Positions 44,731 through 55,461 are shown, numbered from the stretch's first letter. The stretch: 64,000 bases of DNA from Candidatus Woesearchaeota archaeon (GCA_016784125.1 JADHVI010000001.1:14417-78416); one strand, 5' to 3'. Notes: generated by a model not told the origin, from the sequence alone. Numbers and translations: made by a program.

Positions 44731-45605
44731 AACTAAAAACACTTAATCTAAATAAAACGGAAACGGGTGCAGTAGAATTACCAGCTCAGTTTTTTGAACC
44801 AGTTAGAACTGATTTGATTCATAGAGCATTTTTAGTTATTCAATTCAATAAAACACAACCTTATGGTACTAATCCAAGAGCAGGATTAAGAGCTTCTGCT
44901 GATCTTTCAAGAAGAAGAAGAAAATATAGGGGTTCATATGGATTGGGAATATCAAGAGTTCCAAGAAAAATACTATCTAGAAGAGGAACAAGAATGAATT
45001 GGGTTGGGGCAGTTATGCCAGGAACAGTTGGTGGAAGAAGAGCACACCCCCCAAAAGCAGAAAAAATATGGGCTAAGAAGATTAATCAAGATGAGAGAAG
45101 AAAAGCAATTAGATCAGCAATTGCAGCAACACTTAATACGGATTTAGTAAAAAAAAGAGGTCACCTTGCACCTTCAAATTATCCATTCATAATAGATGAC
45201 AATTTTACAGAAGTAAAGAAAACAGCAGAATTAATCAAAATCCTGGAACATATTGGTTTTAAAGATGAAATGGATAGATCAAGATCAAGAGGTAGTAAAG
45301 GTTTATTATTAGTATCAACTACTAAAGCATTAGATAAATCTTGTGCAAACATTCCAGGGGTTGAAACAGAAGTAGTATCAAGCTTAAATGTTGAGTTATT
45401 AGCTCCTGGTGGAGTTCCTGGAAGATTAACAGTATTCACAAAATCAGCCATAGAAGAATTATCAAAGAAAAAATTATTCACAAACGCGATAGTAAAAGAA
45501 GAAAAAATAGTCAAAGAGAAAAAAGTGACGGTGAAAAAAAAGGCAAAACCTATTCCTAAAAAGGAAACAAAGCCTAAATCCAAATCACAAACCAAGAAAA
45601 AATGA
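44727..45605 (+). CDS. rpl4: Ribosomal protein L4 (with a Lys-rich C-terminal tail)
   Basis: Contains NPRAGLRASADLSRRRRKYRGSYGLGISRVPR. Its position after L3 fits the conserved order. Confidence 0.9.
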   Translation: MKLKTLNLNKTETGAVELPAQFFEPVRTDLIHRAFLVIQFNKTQPYGTNPRAGLRASADLSRRRRKYRGSYGLGISRVPRKILSRRGTRMNWVGAVMPGTVGGRRAHPPKAEKIWAKKINQDERRKAIRSAIAATLNTDLVKKRGHLAPSNYPFIIDDNFTEVKKTAELIKILEHIGFKDEMDRSRSRGSKGLLLVSTTKALDKSCANIPGVETEVVSSLNVELLAPGGVPGRLTVFTKSAIEELSKKKLFTNAIVKEEKIVKEKKVTVKKKAKPIPKKETKPKSKSQTKKK

Positions 45606-45853
45606 GTATAATCAAATATCCTTTATCAACAGAGAAATCTATTAGACTAATGGAGTCTGAGAACAAATTAGTATTTATAGTGGATATTAAAGCTAAGAAA
45701 GGCGAAATCAAGGAGGAACTTGAAAAAACTTTCAAAGTAAAAGTTGTTCAAGTTAGAACACTTATAACACCTGAAGGAAAGAAAAAAGCACATGTCAGAT
45801 TCGCAGAAGAGTCTCCTGCGATAGATTTGGCAACAAAATTAGGATTAATGTAA
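45602..45853 (+). CDS. rpl23: Ribosomal protein L23
   Basis: Contains IIKYPLSTEKSIRLME. 83 aa. Cluster position fits. Confidence 0.9.
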   Translation: MSIIKYPLSTEKSIRLMESENKLVFIVDIKAKKGEIKEELEKTFKVKVVQVRTLITPEGKKKAHVRFAEESPAIDLATKLGLM

Positions 45854-45860
45854 GAATAAA

Positions 45861-46559
45861 ATGGGAAAAAACTTAGTACAGCAAAAGAGAGGAAAAGGAA
45901 GCCCATCATATAGGGCGCCTAGCTTTAGATATGCTGGGAAAGTAACTCAGATAAGAAAAGATAAAGTTATAGTTGATGATATTATCAACTCAACAGGCCA
46001 CTCAGCACCTTTAATTAAACTAAAATCAGAAAATGAAGTTTACTTTTCAATTGCACCTGAAGGAATAAGAGTAGGAGATGTTTTAGAAAAAGGATTGGAT
46101 GTGAATATTAAAACTGGAAACACACTTCCACTCGGAAAAATACCTGAAGGAGTGTCAATTTTTAATATAGAATCAAATCCTGGAGATAATGGAAAATTAG
46201 TTAGAACTTCAGGAACAACTGCAAAAATAGTTTCACGAACAAGAACTAAAGTCATAGTTAAAATGCCTTCAGGAAAACAGAAAGAGTTTAATCCGAAATG
46301 TATGGCGTCAATAGGTGTTGTGGCAGGATCTGGAAGAACCGATAAACCATTCTTAAAAGCAGGAAACAAGAAGAAAGCAATGGCTGCAAGAGGAAAATAC
46401 TGGCCAATTGTTTCAGGAGCATCAATGAATGCAGTAGACCACCCATTAGGTGGCGCACGATCATCAAGAAAAGGAAGACCAACTATTGCACCAAAAAACG
46501 CCCCGCCAGGAAGAAAGGTTGGTATGATAAGACCAAGACAAACGGGACGAAACAAGTAA
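45861..46559 (+). CDS. rpl2: Ribosomal protein L2
   Basis: Contains GKIPEGVSIFNIE and NAVDHPLGGARSSRKGRPT. Confidence 0.95.
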   Translation: MGKNLVQQKRGKGSPSYRAPSFRYAGKVTQIRKDKVIVDDIINSTGHSAPLIKLKSENEVYFSIAPEGIRVGDVLEKGLDVNIKTGNTLPLGKIPEGVSIFNIESNPGDNGKLVRTSGTTAKIVSRTRTKVIVKMPSGKQKEFNPKCMASIGVVAGSGRTDKPFLKAGNKKKAMAARGKYWPIVSGASMNAVDHPLGGARSSRKGRPTIAPKNAPPGRKVGMIRPRQTGRNK

Positions 46560-46569
46560 AGGTGATTAA

Positions 46570-46947
46570 ATGGCTAAAGAATATTTATATCAAGGGAAAA
46601 AACTGGAAGAACTCAAAGAGTTGTCATTGAATGAGTTGGCAAGCATATTGCCTTCAAGACAAAGAAGAAAAATTAAAAGAGGATTTTCAGATGAAGAAAA
46701 GAAACTCATTGTCAAAGTTGAAAAGCAAGATAGAGTAAAAACCCACTTAAGAGATATGATTGTCTTACCTCAAATGGTTGGTAAAACAATAAGAATTCAC
46801 ACTGGAAAAGACTTTCAACAAATACTCATACAAGAAGAGATGATAGGACATTACTTGGGAGAATTTGCATTAACAAGAAAAAGAACGGTGCACAGCGCAC
46901 CAGGTGTTGGAGCTACAAGATCAAGTTCAAGTGTATCGGTTAGATAA
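46570..46947 (+). CDS. rps19: Ribosomal protein S19
   Basis: Contains GKDFQQILIQEEMIGHYLGEFALTRK. Confidence 0.9.
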   Translation: MAKEYLYQGKKLEELKELSLNELASILPSRQRRKIKRGFSDEEKKLIVKVEKQDRVKTHLRDMIVLPQMVGKTIRIHTGKDFQQILIQEEMIGHYLGEFALTRKRTVHSAPGVGATRSSSSVSVR

Positions 46948-46949
46948 AA

Positions 46950-47678
46950 ATGAAATATGGATATTCATGCAAAATGGAAGAAGAAAATGTTGCTAGAGCA
47001 ATTTTGAAAGACGCAGGAATATCATCTAAACATGCAATTGAAATTTGTTCACATTTAAGACACAAGAAAGTTGCTTATGCTAAGGAGTTTTTAGGATCCG
47101 TTATCAAAAAAGAAAAAGCAGTCAAATTCACAAGATTTACTGCTGGTGCAGGCCATAAAACAGGCATAGGTCCTGGAAAATATCCTAAGAAAGCATCAGA
47201 AATAATTTTACAAGCTATTGAATCCGCAGAATCAAATGCTATTGACAAAGGATTAGGTTTAGATTTAAAAATAGTGCATTTATCAGCACAAAGAGCATCA
47301 ACTCCTTGGCATTATGGAAGACAATCAAGGAGAAAAACAAAGCGAACACACATAGAAGTGGTTATTCAAGAAGTAGAGAATAAACAAAAGAAAGTCGCAA
47401 AAGAAAAAACTTCAAAGAAGGAAGAAGTAAAACAAGATCAAACAATCCAAAAAGAAATTAAAGAAACAAAAGAAATTAAAGATGTGCTCAAGAAAGTAGC
47501 TTCTGAAACTCCAAAAGAAAATATCATAGAAAACAAAGAAGAGCATAATAAAGCACAGAATGAAGTTGTTAATGTACAGGTGCCTGAAAGTTCTGATGTG
47601 TCAAACGATAAAACTCTGACTGAATCAAAACAACCAAAAATTCAAGAAAAAGAAAATAAGGAAGAAAAAACAAAATGA
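46950..47678 (+). CDS. rpl22: Ribosomal protein L22 with a ~90-aa K/E-rich C-terminal extension
   Basis: The N-terminal ~150 aa look L22-like (ARAILKDAGISSKHAIEICSHLRHK...RTHIEVVIQE). A low-complexity tail follows. Confidence 0.85.
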   Translation: MKYGYSCKMEEENVARAILKDAGISSKHAIEICSHLRHKKVAYAKEFLGSVIKKEKAVKFTRFTAGAGHKTGIGPGKYPKKASEIILQAIESAESNAIDKGLGLDLKIVHLSAQRASTPWHYGRQSRRKTKRTHIEVVIQEVENKQKKVAKEKTSKKEEVKQDQTIQKEIKETKEIKDVLKKVASETPKENIIENKEEHNKAQNEVVNVQVPESSDVSNDKTLTESKQPKIQEKENKEEKTK

Positions 47679-48481
47679 TTGAAAGAAAATTTATTGCGGA
47701 TAACATAAAAGAATATAGGATTAGAGAATTTGTAAAGCAAAACCTTGGAAGAGTGGGATTAAGTGATGTTAAATTGCAAAAAACTCCTCTAGGAGAAAAA
47801 ATCATAATTTCCGCTTCAAGACCTGGTTTGGTTGTAGGAAGAGCGGGTGCAAACATAACTAAATTAACAAAAGCATTGAAAAAAGAATTCAAGCTAGAAA
47901 ACCCTCAAATAGAAATTGAAGAAGTAAAACAAATTGGTTTGGATGCAAATATTATATCAGAGTTAATAGCAGGATCATTAGAAAGATATGGTTCACAAAG
48001 ATTCAAAGGAATTGGACATAAGGCAATGGCAGATGTTATTGCTGCTGGTGCAATAGGTGTAGAAATATTAATATCAGGAAAAATTCCTAGTAGCAGAGCA
48101 AAAAACTGGAGATTTTACAGAGGATACTTAAAGAAATGCGGAGACATATCTGTTGTTGGTGTGTTGAAATCATATTCTATGGCCAAGTTGAAAACAGGTG
48201 TTATAGGAATAAAAGTAAGTATCATGCCATCTACAGTAAAACTGCCTGATAAGATTAAACTTATATCAGAATTACAAGAAGTTGTTGAAGAAGTAAAGCC
48301 TGAAGAAGCAGAAGAAATCAAGAAAGAAATTGAAGAAAAGATAGAAACTAAAACAGACAAACCAGAAGAACACAAAAAAGAAGAAAAAGAAATCACAAAA
48401 GAAAAGAAAACTTCAACTTCAACTTCAAAGACAAAGAAAACAAAAGAAACTAAAACTAAAACTAAAACTAAAGCAAAATGA
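47675..48481 (+). CDS. rps3: Ribosomal protein S3 (K/E/T-rich C-terminal tail)
   Basis: KH domain GRAGANITKLTKALKKEF. Cluster position fits. Confidence 0.9.
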   Translation: MIERKFIADNIKEYRIREFVKQNLGRVGLSDVKLQKTPLGEKIIISASRPGLVVGRAGANITKLTKALKKEFKLENPQIEIEEVKQIGLDANIISELIAGSLERYGSQRFKGIGHKAMADVIAAGAIGVEILISGKIPSSRAKNWRFYRGYLKKCGDISVVGVLKSYSMAKLKTGVIGIKVSIMPSTVKLPDKIKLISELQEVVEEVKPEEAEEIKKEIEEKIETKTDKPEEHKKEEKEITKEKKTSTSTSKTKKTKETKTKTKTKAK

Positions 48482-48663
48482 AATTTAAAGATTTAAAATC
48501 AATGAGTGAAACCGACTTGCAGAAGAAATGCGAGGAAGCAAAGATAGAGCTTATCAAACTAAATTCACAAGCGGCCACAGGAACAACAATAAAAAGTCCT
48601 GGTCAAATAAAGAAACTCAAAAAGACTATTGCTAAAATAAAAACGGTACAATCATCAAAATGA
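48478..48663 (+). CDS. rpl29: Ribosomal protein L29
   Basis: 61 aa helical hairpin LKSMSETDLQKKCEEAKIELIKL. Cluster position fits. Confidence 0.85.
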   Translation: MKFKDLKSMSETDLQKKCEEAKIELIKLNSQAATGTTIKSPGQIKKLKKTIAKIKTVQSSK

Positions 48664-48977
48664 GCGATATATGCAACACTTGTGGGTTGCCAGAAGATCT
48701 TTGCGTTTGTGAGACAATCGCAAAGGAAAACCAAACCATATCCGTTAAAATAATCAAGAAAAAGTTCGGGAAAAAATATACTGTTATAGAGGGCATAAAC
48801 AAATATGAGATAGACCTCAAGGATTTGGCTAAAAAATTAAAAACAAAATTCGCGTGCGGAGGAACTGCAAAAGGTGGAACAGTGGAATTACAAGGAAATC
48901 ACCTTAACGGAATCAAGGAAGCACTCATAACCTTGGGATTCGCGCCCGATACAATCGAAATAAAAAGTTTCAAATGA
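48660..48977 (+). CDS. Translation initiation factor aSUI1 (eIF1 family)
   Basis: Contains CGLPEDLCVCE and KFACGGTAKGGTVELQGNH. Confidence 0.85.
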   Translation: MSDICNTCGLPEDLCVCETIAKENQTISVKIIKKKFGKKYTVIEGINKYEIDLKDLAKKLKTKFACGGTAKGGTVELQGNHLNGIKEALITLGFAPDTIEIKSFK

Positions 48978-49216
48978 ACAAATTAAAACAAGAATTCATT
49001 GGTTCGGAAATAAACATTGTGAAAAGCACAAACAAGTCGCTTGTGGGTTTGCAAGGAACAATTTTGGACGAAACAAAGAACACATTCAAAATCAAAACAA
49101 CAAAAGGAAACAAAATTATACTCAAAAACACATCAACATTCAAAATTAATAACACAATAATAAAAGGAATAGAAATCATAAAAAAACCTCAAGACAGAAT
49201 AAAAATGAAGGTGTAA
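48974..49216 (+). CDS. rnp1: RNase P protein component 1 (Rpp29 family)
   Basis: [36 protein letters not shown]. Canonical position between L29/SUI1 and S17. Confidence 0.75.
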   Translation: MNKLKQEFIGSEINIVKSTNKSLVGLQGTILDETKNTFKIKTTKGNKIILKNTSTFKINNTIIKGIEIIKKPQDRIKMKV

Positions 49217-49217
49217 G

Positions 49218-49529
49218 ATGGAAACAAAAAAATCCAAAGAAAACAACACAAAAGAAGGAAATATTAGCCTTAGAGGACGGACTTTCGAAGGAGTTGTTAT
49301 ATCAGACAAAATGCACAAAACAGTTACCGTAGAATGGGAAAGAAGAAGGAACGTAAAAAAATATGAGCGATACGAAAAACGAAGAACAAAAGTAAAAGCT
49401 CATAATCCAGACACCATCAATGCAAAAGAAGGCGACAAAGTCATAATCAAAGAAACAAGGCCACTATCAAAGACAAAGCATTTTGTGGTTGTAGAAATAA
49501 AAAAGGAAAACAAAGATGAAGCCAATTAA
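49218..49529 (+). CDS. rps17: Ribosomal protein S17
   Basis: Contains [24 protein letters not shown]. Confidence 0.9.
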   Translation: METKKSKENNTKEGNISLRGRTFEGVVISDKMHKTVTVEWERRRNVKKYERYEKRRTKVKAHNPDTINAKEGDKVIIKETRPLSKTKHFVVVEIKKENKDEAN

Positions 49530-49917
49530 AGGACGCGTAACAAAAGGATTGAATGTAGGATCACAAGTAGAAACTTGTGATAATTCAGGAGCCAAACTAC
49601 TCAGAGTTATTAGTGTTAAATCTAGCAAAACAGTCAAGGGAAGGATTCCTGCGGCAGGAATTGGTGATTTAATACAAGCATCAGTAAAAAAAGGAAAACC
49701 AGAAATGAGAAAACAAGTTGTATTTGCAGTCATAGTAAGACAGAAAAAAGAATACAGACGTCCTTCAGGAACAAGAGTCAAATTTGAAGATAATGCTGCA
49801 GTTGTTTTAAAAGATGATAAAGGAAATCCAAAAGGAACTATATTCAAAGGACCAATTGCAAAAGAGGCTTGTGAACGATGGCCAGGAATATCAAAAATAG
49901 CTAGTATAATTGTGTGA
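49516..49917 (+). CDS. rpl14: Ribosomal protein L14
   Basis: Contains [17 protein letters not shown] and FEDNAAVVL. Confidence 0.95.
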   Translation: MKPIKGRVTKGLNVGSQVETCDNSGAKLLRVISVKSSKTVKGRIPAAGIGDLIQASVKKGKPEMRKQVVFAVIVRQKKEYRRPSGTRVKFEDNAAVVLKDDKGNPKGTIFKGPIAKEACERWPGISKIASIIV

Positions 49918-49921
49918 TAAA

Positions 49922-50362
49922 ATGAAAAGCGTATTTTCAAAAACATGGGTTAGAAGCAAACAACCAAGAAAGCAGAGAAAATATGTAGCGAATGCTCCAT
50001 TACACATAAAAGGAAAAATGGTTCGTGCTCATCTTAGTAAAGATCTTCAAAAAAAATATGCTAAAAGATCACTTAGATTAAGAGTTGGAGATAAAGTTAA
50101 GATTCTTAGAGGAACTCACAAAGGAGAAGAACAAAAAATTGAAAGTGTAAACATAAAAAAGACAAGAGTTTACATTGAAAAAATGGATTTAACAAAGAAA
50201 GATGGTTCAAAAACAAGAATACCATTTCATCCATCAAATCTCATGCTGACAGATTTAAATTTAGACGATAAAAAAAGAGCACAGAAACTCAAAGGAATAA
50301 AAAAAGAAGTCGTTGAAACTAAAAAAACTGAAGTTAAAAAACAAAAAACAGGTGAAAAATAA
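49922..50362 (+). CDS. rpl24: Ribosomal protein L24
   Basis: KOW motif VGDKVKILRGTHKGEEQKIESV. The ATG at 49922 is preferred over the TTG at 49910. Confidence 0.9.
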   Translation: MKSVFSKTWVRSKQPRKQRKYVANAPLHIKGKMVRAHLSKDLQKKYAKRSLRLRVGDKVKILRGTHKGEEQKIESVNIKKTRVYIEKMDLTKKDGSKTRIPFHPSNLMLTDLNLDDKKRAQKLKGIKKEVVETKKTEVKKQKTGEK

Positions 50363-51051
50363 TGCCAAAAAATCATTTGAAAGTACAACATACGCCAAAC
50401 ACTTGGCCAATCAAAAGAAAGAATGCTACTTTCATAACTAGACCTCATCCAGGAGCTCATAAGATGGAACTATCATTACCGCTCAATATAATCTTCAAGA
50501 AGTTGTTAGGTAAAGCGAAGACAAACAAAGAAGTAACAAAGCTTCTTCACAATCATGAAATACTCTTAAACGGGAAGAGAAAGAAAGATTACAAACAAGC
50601 AATGGGATTATTGGACATTCTATTTATACCTAAGACAGGAGAAAGTTACACTATGTTAATAGGTACCAACAAGAAGTTGATGATGCAAGAAATAGATAAA
50701 AAAGAGGCAAGTCAAAAGATATGTAAAATTGTTGGAAAGAAGATTGTTAAGAAAGGAGTTACACAATTAAAAACTTATGATGGAAGAACAATTCTGGTGA
50801 AAAAAGACGAATATAAAACTGGAGAAAGCGTTTTGTTGTCCATACCCAAACAAGAAATAAAACAATTATTGAAACTGGAAACGGGAGCATGTATACTGCT
50901 TACAGGCGGTAAATATGTTGGTAAAATAGCCTCAGTAGTAGAAATTAAAGCAGACATATTAAGATTTAAATATGATTCAAAAGAATTTGAAACAAAAAAA
51001 GATTATGCAATCGTTATCGGAAAAGACAAACCTCTAATTAACATAAAATGA
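50362..51051 (+). CDS. rps4e: Ribosomal protein S4e
   Basis: Contains PKNHLKVQHTPNTWPIKRK. 229 aa. Cluster position fits. Confidence 0.9.
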   Translation: MPKNHLKVQHTPNTWPIKRKNATFITRPHPGAHKMELSLPLNIIFKKLLGKAKTNKEVTKLLHNHEILLNGKRKKDYKQAMGLLDILFIPKTGESYTMLIGTNKKLMMQEIDKKEASQKICKIVGKKIVKKGVTQLKTYDGRTILVKKDEYKTGESVLLSIPKQEIKQLLKLETGACILLTGGKYVGKIASVVEIKADILRFKYDSKEFETKKDYAIVIGKDKPLINIK

Positions 51052-51563
51052 ATTCCATGAAAGAAATCAAAATAGAGAAAGTAACCTTGAATATAGGCGC
51101 AGGAAAAGATCAAAATAAATTAAAGAACGCTGACAAGTTGCTAAAGAACATTACAGGAATTAATCCGGTAAAGACCATAACTCAGAAAAGAATTGCTGGT
51201 TGGGGCTTAAGACCTGGGCTTCCAATAGGTTGCAAAATAACTTTAAGAAAAGAACCTGCAAAATTAATGCTCAAAAGATTACTAAAAGCGAAAGAAAACA
51301 AGTTAACAGACAGTTCAATCGATGATTTTGGAAATATCTCATTTGGAATTCATGAGTACATTGATATTCCAGAAGCAAAATATGATCCTGACATTGGAAT
51401 AATGGGATTACAAGTAAGTGTTACACTCGAGAGACCAGGTTTCAGAATAAAGAGAAGGAAAATAATGAAAAGAAGAATACCTCTCGCTCACAAAATTTCA
51501 AAGGAAGACACAATTAATTATTTGAAGAAAGAATTTAACATAGAAATAGGTGAAAACCAATGA
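51048..51563 (+). CDS. rpl5: Ribosomal protein L5
   Basis: Contains [14 protein letters not shown] and [10 protein letters not shown]. Confidence 0.9.
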   Translation: MNSMKEIKIEKVTLNIGAGKDQNKLKNADKLLKNITGINPVKTITQKRIAGWGLRPGLPIGCKITLRKEPAKLMLKRLLKAKENKLTDSSIDDFGNISFGIHEYIDIPEAKYDPDIGIMGLQVSVTLERPGFRIKRRKIMKRRIPLAHKISKEDTINYLKKEFNIEIGENQ

Positions 51564-51790
51564 CCACATCTGATCCAAACAAAGTATTAAACCAGATCAA
51601 GGGAAAACCAGCAAAAAGCATTAAGTTTCAGAAGCATAATTTACCTAAAAAAAGGGCGCATGGTAAGGCATTGAAAAAGTGTAGGCTTTGTGGTCGAAAT
51701 GGTGCGCATATCAACAAGTATGGTCTAGATTTATGCAGACAGTGTTTCAGAGATGGAGCTTCAAAATTAGGATTCAAAAAATATAATTAG
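51560..51790 (+). CDS. rps14: Ribosomal protein S14 (zinc-binding type), N-terminally longer than usual
   Basis: Contains [35 protein letters not shown]. Confidence 0.85.
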   Translation: MTTSDPNKVLNQIKGKPAKSIKFQKHNLPKKRAHGKALKKCRLCGRNGAHINKYGLDLCRQCFRDGASKLGFKKYN

Positions 51791-51800
51791 GTGAAAAATA

Positions 51801-52193
51801 ATGAGTTTAAACAACCCCTTAGCAAACGTTTTATCGTTCATACAAAACTATGAAAACCTCGGAAAGAAAGAAGTTGTTACCGATAACAACTCCAAGCTAA
51901 TAAGAGGAGTCTTGGACATTATGCAAAAAGAAGGATATTTGGGTGGATATGAGGAAATAGAACATAGTAGAGGAAATACTCTTAAAATAAACTTGATAGG
52001 GTGCATTAACAAAACAAATGTGATAAGGCCTCAGTTTCAAATAAAATTAGATCAATTTGAGAAATTTGAAAAAAGATATTTGCCAGCAAAAGATTTTGGA
52101 ATCATAATTCTTTCAACTAACAAAGGTTTGATGACTCACAAAGAAGCAAGAGAACAAAAAATTGGGGGAAGGTTATTAACTTACTGCTACTAA
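51801..52193 (+). CDS. rps8: Ribosomal protein S8
   Basis: Contains PLANVLSFIQNYENLGKKEV and ILSTNKGLMTHKEAREQKIGGRLLTYCY. Confidence 0.9.
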   Translation: MSLNNPLANVLSFIQNYENLGKKEVVTDNNSKLIRGVLDIMQKEGYLGGYEEIEHSRGNTLKINLIGCINKTNVIRPQFQIKLDQFEKFEKRYLPAKDFGIIILSTNKGLMTHKEAREQKIGGRLLTYCY

Positions 52194-52194
52194 A

Positions 52195-52740
52195 ATGAGA
52201 GAAGAATTTAAAGTCACCATAAACACACCAGAAGGTTGTCAAGTTAGCATGGATGCCGATAATTTGGTAATAAAAGGTGACAAAGGAGAATTAAAAAGAA
52301 AGTTTTCCAATCCACTAATCAAATTAGAATTACAAGATAATAATGTGACATTAAATACTAAAACTTCAAACAAAAGAACAAAGAAGCTACAAAACACCTT
52401 CATAGCTCACATAAACAATATGTTTAAAGGAGTGGTGGAAGGACACATTTACAAACTCAAAATCTGTTCCGGTCATTTTCCAATGACTGTAAGTGTTAAG
52501 AATAACATGTTTGAGATAAAAAACTTTATTGGCGAAAAAGTTCCTAGAGAATTAAAAATTACTGAAGGAACATCAGTAAAAATTGATGGTACAGAAATAG
52601 TTGTTGAAGGTATTGGTAAAGAAAAAGTTGGTCAAATGGCTGCATCAATCGAACAACTAACAAAAAGACCGGGTTTTGACAAAAGAATTTTTCAAGATGG
52701 CATATACATAACTGAGAAAGACGGCAAAATAATAAAATGA
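52195..52740 (+). CDS. rpl6: Ribosomal protein L6
   Basis: Two-domain L6 pattern with YKLKICSGHFPMTV. Cluster position fits. Confidence 0.9.
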   Translation: MREEFKVTINTPEGCQVSMDADNLVIKGDKGELKRKFSNPLIKLELQDNNVTLNTKTSNKRTKKLQNTFIAHINNMFKGVVEGHIYKLKICSGHFPMTVSVKNNMFEIKNFIGEKVPRELKITEGTSVKIDGTEIVVEGIGKEKVGQMAASIEQLTKRPGFDKRIFQDGIYITEKDGKIIK

Positions 52741-53309
52741 TTCAAGAAAAAGATTTGAAAAAGAAGAAACCAAAGTTTACTAGAACAGATGCTCATAAAA
52801 AGGTGAGACTGGGGCAGAAGTGGCGTAAACCTAAAGGCCTTCAGAACAAAAGAAGACTACACAAGCGAGGTTATCTTGGAATTGTAAAGGTTGGTTATAA
52901 GAACTCAAGTCAAGTAAGACACCTTGTGAAAGGATTAAAACAAGTTATGATTTCAAATGTTTTAGAACTGGACGCAGTTGATAAGAAAACAGAGGGAATT
53001 ATTGTCTCTGGAAAAGTTGGTGACAGAAAAAGATTGGTGATATTGGAACAGGCCACACAACTGGGTTTGACTGTTTTGAACTTGAATATTGAAAAGAAAA
53101 TCAAATTAATAAACGATTCACAATCAACAAAGAAGAAAGAAAAAGAAGCTCGAGAAGCAAGGAAGAAAGAAAAGAAAGACAAAGAGAAAAAAGAAGAAAA
53201 GAAAACAATAGAGGAATCTGTTAAAGAAGAAACAGATACAACTGAAGAAGAAATTAAAGATAAGGATAAAAAAGATTTTGATAAAATACTAACAACTAAA
53301 CAAGCGTGA
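52737..53309 (+). CDS. rpl32e: Ribosomal protein L32e with a K/E-rich C-terminal extension
   Basis: Contains KPKFTRTDAHKKVRLGQKWRKPKGLQNKRRL. Confidence 0.85.
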   Translation: MIQEKDLKKKKPKFTRTDAHKKVRLGQKWRKPKGLQNKRRLHKRGYLGIVKVGYKNSSQVRHLVKGLKQVMISNVLELDAVDKKTEGIIVSGKVGDRKRLVILEQATQLGLTVLNLNIEKKIKLINDSQSTKKKEKEAREARKKEKKDKEKKEEKKTIEESVKEETDTTEEEIKDKDKKDFDKILTTKQA

Positions 53310-53313
53310 TAAT

Positions 53314-53763
53314 ATGCAACTATCAACCCAAAAAAGATTGGCGGCAAATGTACTAAAAACTTCCAAGAAGAAAATAGTTTTTGATCCTGAAAGATTAGAG
53401 GACATTAAGGAAGCAATCACAAAAACCGATATTAGGGGTTTACTATCAGAAAAAGCAATTAAGAAATTAAGTAAAAAAGGTGTGTCCAAAGTTAGAGTTA
53501 GAGAACATCAAGCACAAAGAAGAAAAGGACTTAGAAAAGGACCATCAACAAAGAAAGGAAAGAAAACATCCAGAATTAGTAAAAAAGAAACATGGATGAA
53601 AAAAATAAGAACTCAAAGAGAGTTTCTTTATGAGTTAAGAGCAAAAGAAAAAATATCACGGGAAACATTTTCAGATTTATACTTGAAAGCAAAAGGTAAT
53701 CTTTTCAGAAGTAAAAGACACATAAAAATATATTTGGATGATCATAAACTGATAATAAAATGA
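53314..53763 (+). CDS. rpl19e: Ribosomal protein L19e
   Basis: Contains QLSTQKRLAANVLKTSKKKIVFDP. Confidence 0.9.
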   Translation: MQLSTQKRLAANVLKTSKKKIVFDPERLEDIKEAITKTDIRGLLSEKAIKKLSKKGVSKVRVREHQAQRRKGLRKGPSTKKGKKTSRISKKETWMKKIRTQREFLYELRAKEKISRETFSDLYLKAKGNLFRSKRHIKIYLDDHKLIIK

Positions 53764-54254
53764 AAAAAACAAAAACAAGAATATCATATCATAGGAAAAA
53801 ATCCGGCAAGACAAATTATAAGAAGCGATTAGCTCTTCTTAAATCCCAAAAGGACAGATTAACAATTAGACGTTCAAACAAATACGTAATGCTCCAAATA
53901 ATTAAGTATGAACCTGCAGGAGATAAAGTGTTGGTGTCAGTGTCTTCAAGTGTATTATTAAGACTTGGTTGGAAATACTCTTGTAAGAATATTCCTGCAT
54001 GTTATCTGACAGGTTTATTGTTTGGTAAAACTGCATCTGAGAAAAAACTAAAAGAAGCAGTTTTAGATCTTGGTTTGCAAACACCAATCAAAGGATCACG
54101 ATTATACGCAACCCTAAAAGGAGTTGTAGATTCAGGTTTAAAAGTACCTTGCTCTGAAGAAGTATTTCCAAATGAAGAAAGAATAACTGGAAAACATATT
54201 TCAGAAAAGATATTAAAAGATTTTGAATCAATAAAAACTAAAATAACTAAATAA
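53760..54254 (+). CDS. rpl18: Ribosomal protein L18
   Basis: Contains YHRKKSGKTNYKKRLALLKS and LTIRRSNKYVMLQII. Confidence 0.9.
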   Translation: MKKTKTRISYHRKKSGKTNYKKRLALLKSQKDRLTIRRSNKYVMLQIIKYEPAGDKVLVSVSSSVLLRLGWKYSCKNIPACYLTGLLFGKTASEKKLKEAVLDLGLQTPIKGSRLYATLKGVVDSGLKVPCSEEVFPNEERITGKHISEKILKDFESIKTKITK

Positions 54255-54255
54255 A

Positions 54256-55047
54256 ATGGAAGAAACAAACTGGAACCCAAAAACGGAAATAGGATTAAAA
54301 GTTAAGAATAAGGAAATTGTAAACATAGATGAAATACTCACAAAAGGACAAACAATTCTTGAAGAACAAATAGTTGATCAACTTTTAGATACAGAAACAG
54401 AGCTTTTGCTTGTTGGTCAATCAAAAGGAAAATTTGGTGGTGGCCAAAGAAGAGTGTTTAGACAAACACAGAAAAAAACCAGGGAAGGAAACAAACCAAG
54501 ATTTACAACCATGGCCGTTATTGGAGATAAAAATGGTCACATCGGACTTGGTTATGGTAAGTCTAAGGAAACAGTTCTGGCAAGAGAAAAAGCCATTAGA
54601 AATTCAAAACTAAACATATTTGTTTTAAGAAGAGGCTCGGGTTCATGGGAATCAAGATCATTAGAACCACACTCTATACCTTTTGCAGTTGAAGGAAAAT
54701 GTGGTTCGGTAATAGTTAAGCTAATGCCAGCTCCAAAAGGAACAGGTTTATGCATAGAAAAAGAATGTGCAAAAGTACTTGAGCTCGCAGGTATAAAAGA
54801 TATTTGGTCAAAAACATTTGGTCAGACAAAAAACAAAATTAATATGCTAAAAGCTCTTGAAAAAGCTTTGAGACAATTGACTGAAATGAAAATACAATCT
54901 GCTCACACACAAACATTGTCAATAACACAAGGTGCACAAAAAGTTGAACCGATTATTGAAGCTCCAAAAGAAGAAAAAATTGAGAAAAAAGATGGTGTTG
55001 AAAAGAAAAAGGTTGTAAAAGGAAAGCAAACTAAAACTAAAAAATGA
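54256..55047 (+). CDS. rps5: Ribosomal protein S5 (K-rich tail)
   Basis: Contains FTTMAVIGDKNGHIGLGYGKSKE and GTGLCIEKECAKVLELAGIKDIWSKT. Confidence 0.9.
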   Translation: MEETNWNPKTEIGLKVKNKEIVNIDEILTKGQTILEEQIVDQLLDTETELLLVGQSKGKFGGGQRRVFRQTQKKTREGNKPRFTTMAVIGDKNGHIGLGYGKSKETVLAREKAIRNSKLNIFVLRRGSGSWESRSLEPHSIPFAVEGKCGSVIVKLMPAPKGTGLCIEKECAKVLELAGIKDIWSKTFGQTKNKINMLKALEKALRQLTEMKIQSAHTQTLSITQGAQKVEPIIEAPKEEKIEKKDGVEKKKVVKGKQTKTKK

Positions 55048-55460
55048 CTGAAACAAAAGAAACAAAGACTCAGAAAGTTGAAACGAAGAAAATTGCAATC
55101 ATACTTATCAGGGGTTTAATTGGAATAACTGTAGATATTAAGGACACATTGTACTTATTGAGAATGAGAAAAAAACATACGTGTGTGGTTGTTGAAAACA
55201 CACCTTCAAATATGGGTATGATAAAAAAAATCAAAGATTATGTTACTTATGGAGAAATTAATGATGTTGTTCTAAAAGAACTCATTTCAAAAAGAGGAAA
55301 ACCAAACCACAAAGCTGAAGGAAAAACAAAACCTTTTTTCGAACTAGCACCCCCTAGAGGTGGATTTGAAAGAAAAGGGATTAAGAAAACATTTCAACAG
55401 GGTGGAGTTTTGGGTTACAGAGGAAACAAAATTAATGATTTACTAAAAAGGATGATTTAA
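55044..55460 (+). CDS. rpl30: Ribosomal protein L30
   Basis: Contains IAIILIRGLIGITVDIKDTLYLLRMRKKHT. Confidence 0.85.
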   Translation: MTETKETKTQKVETKKIAIILIRGLIGITVDIKDTLYLLRMRKKHTCVVVENTPSNMGMIKKIKDYVTYGEINDVVLKELISKRGKPNHKAEGKTKPFFELAPPRGGFERKGIKKTFQQGGVLGYRGNKINDLLKRMI

Positions 55461-55461
55461 C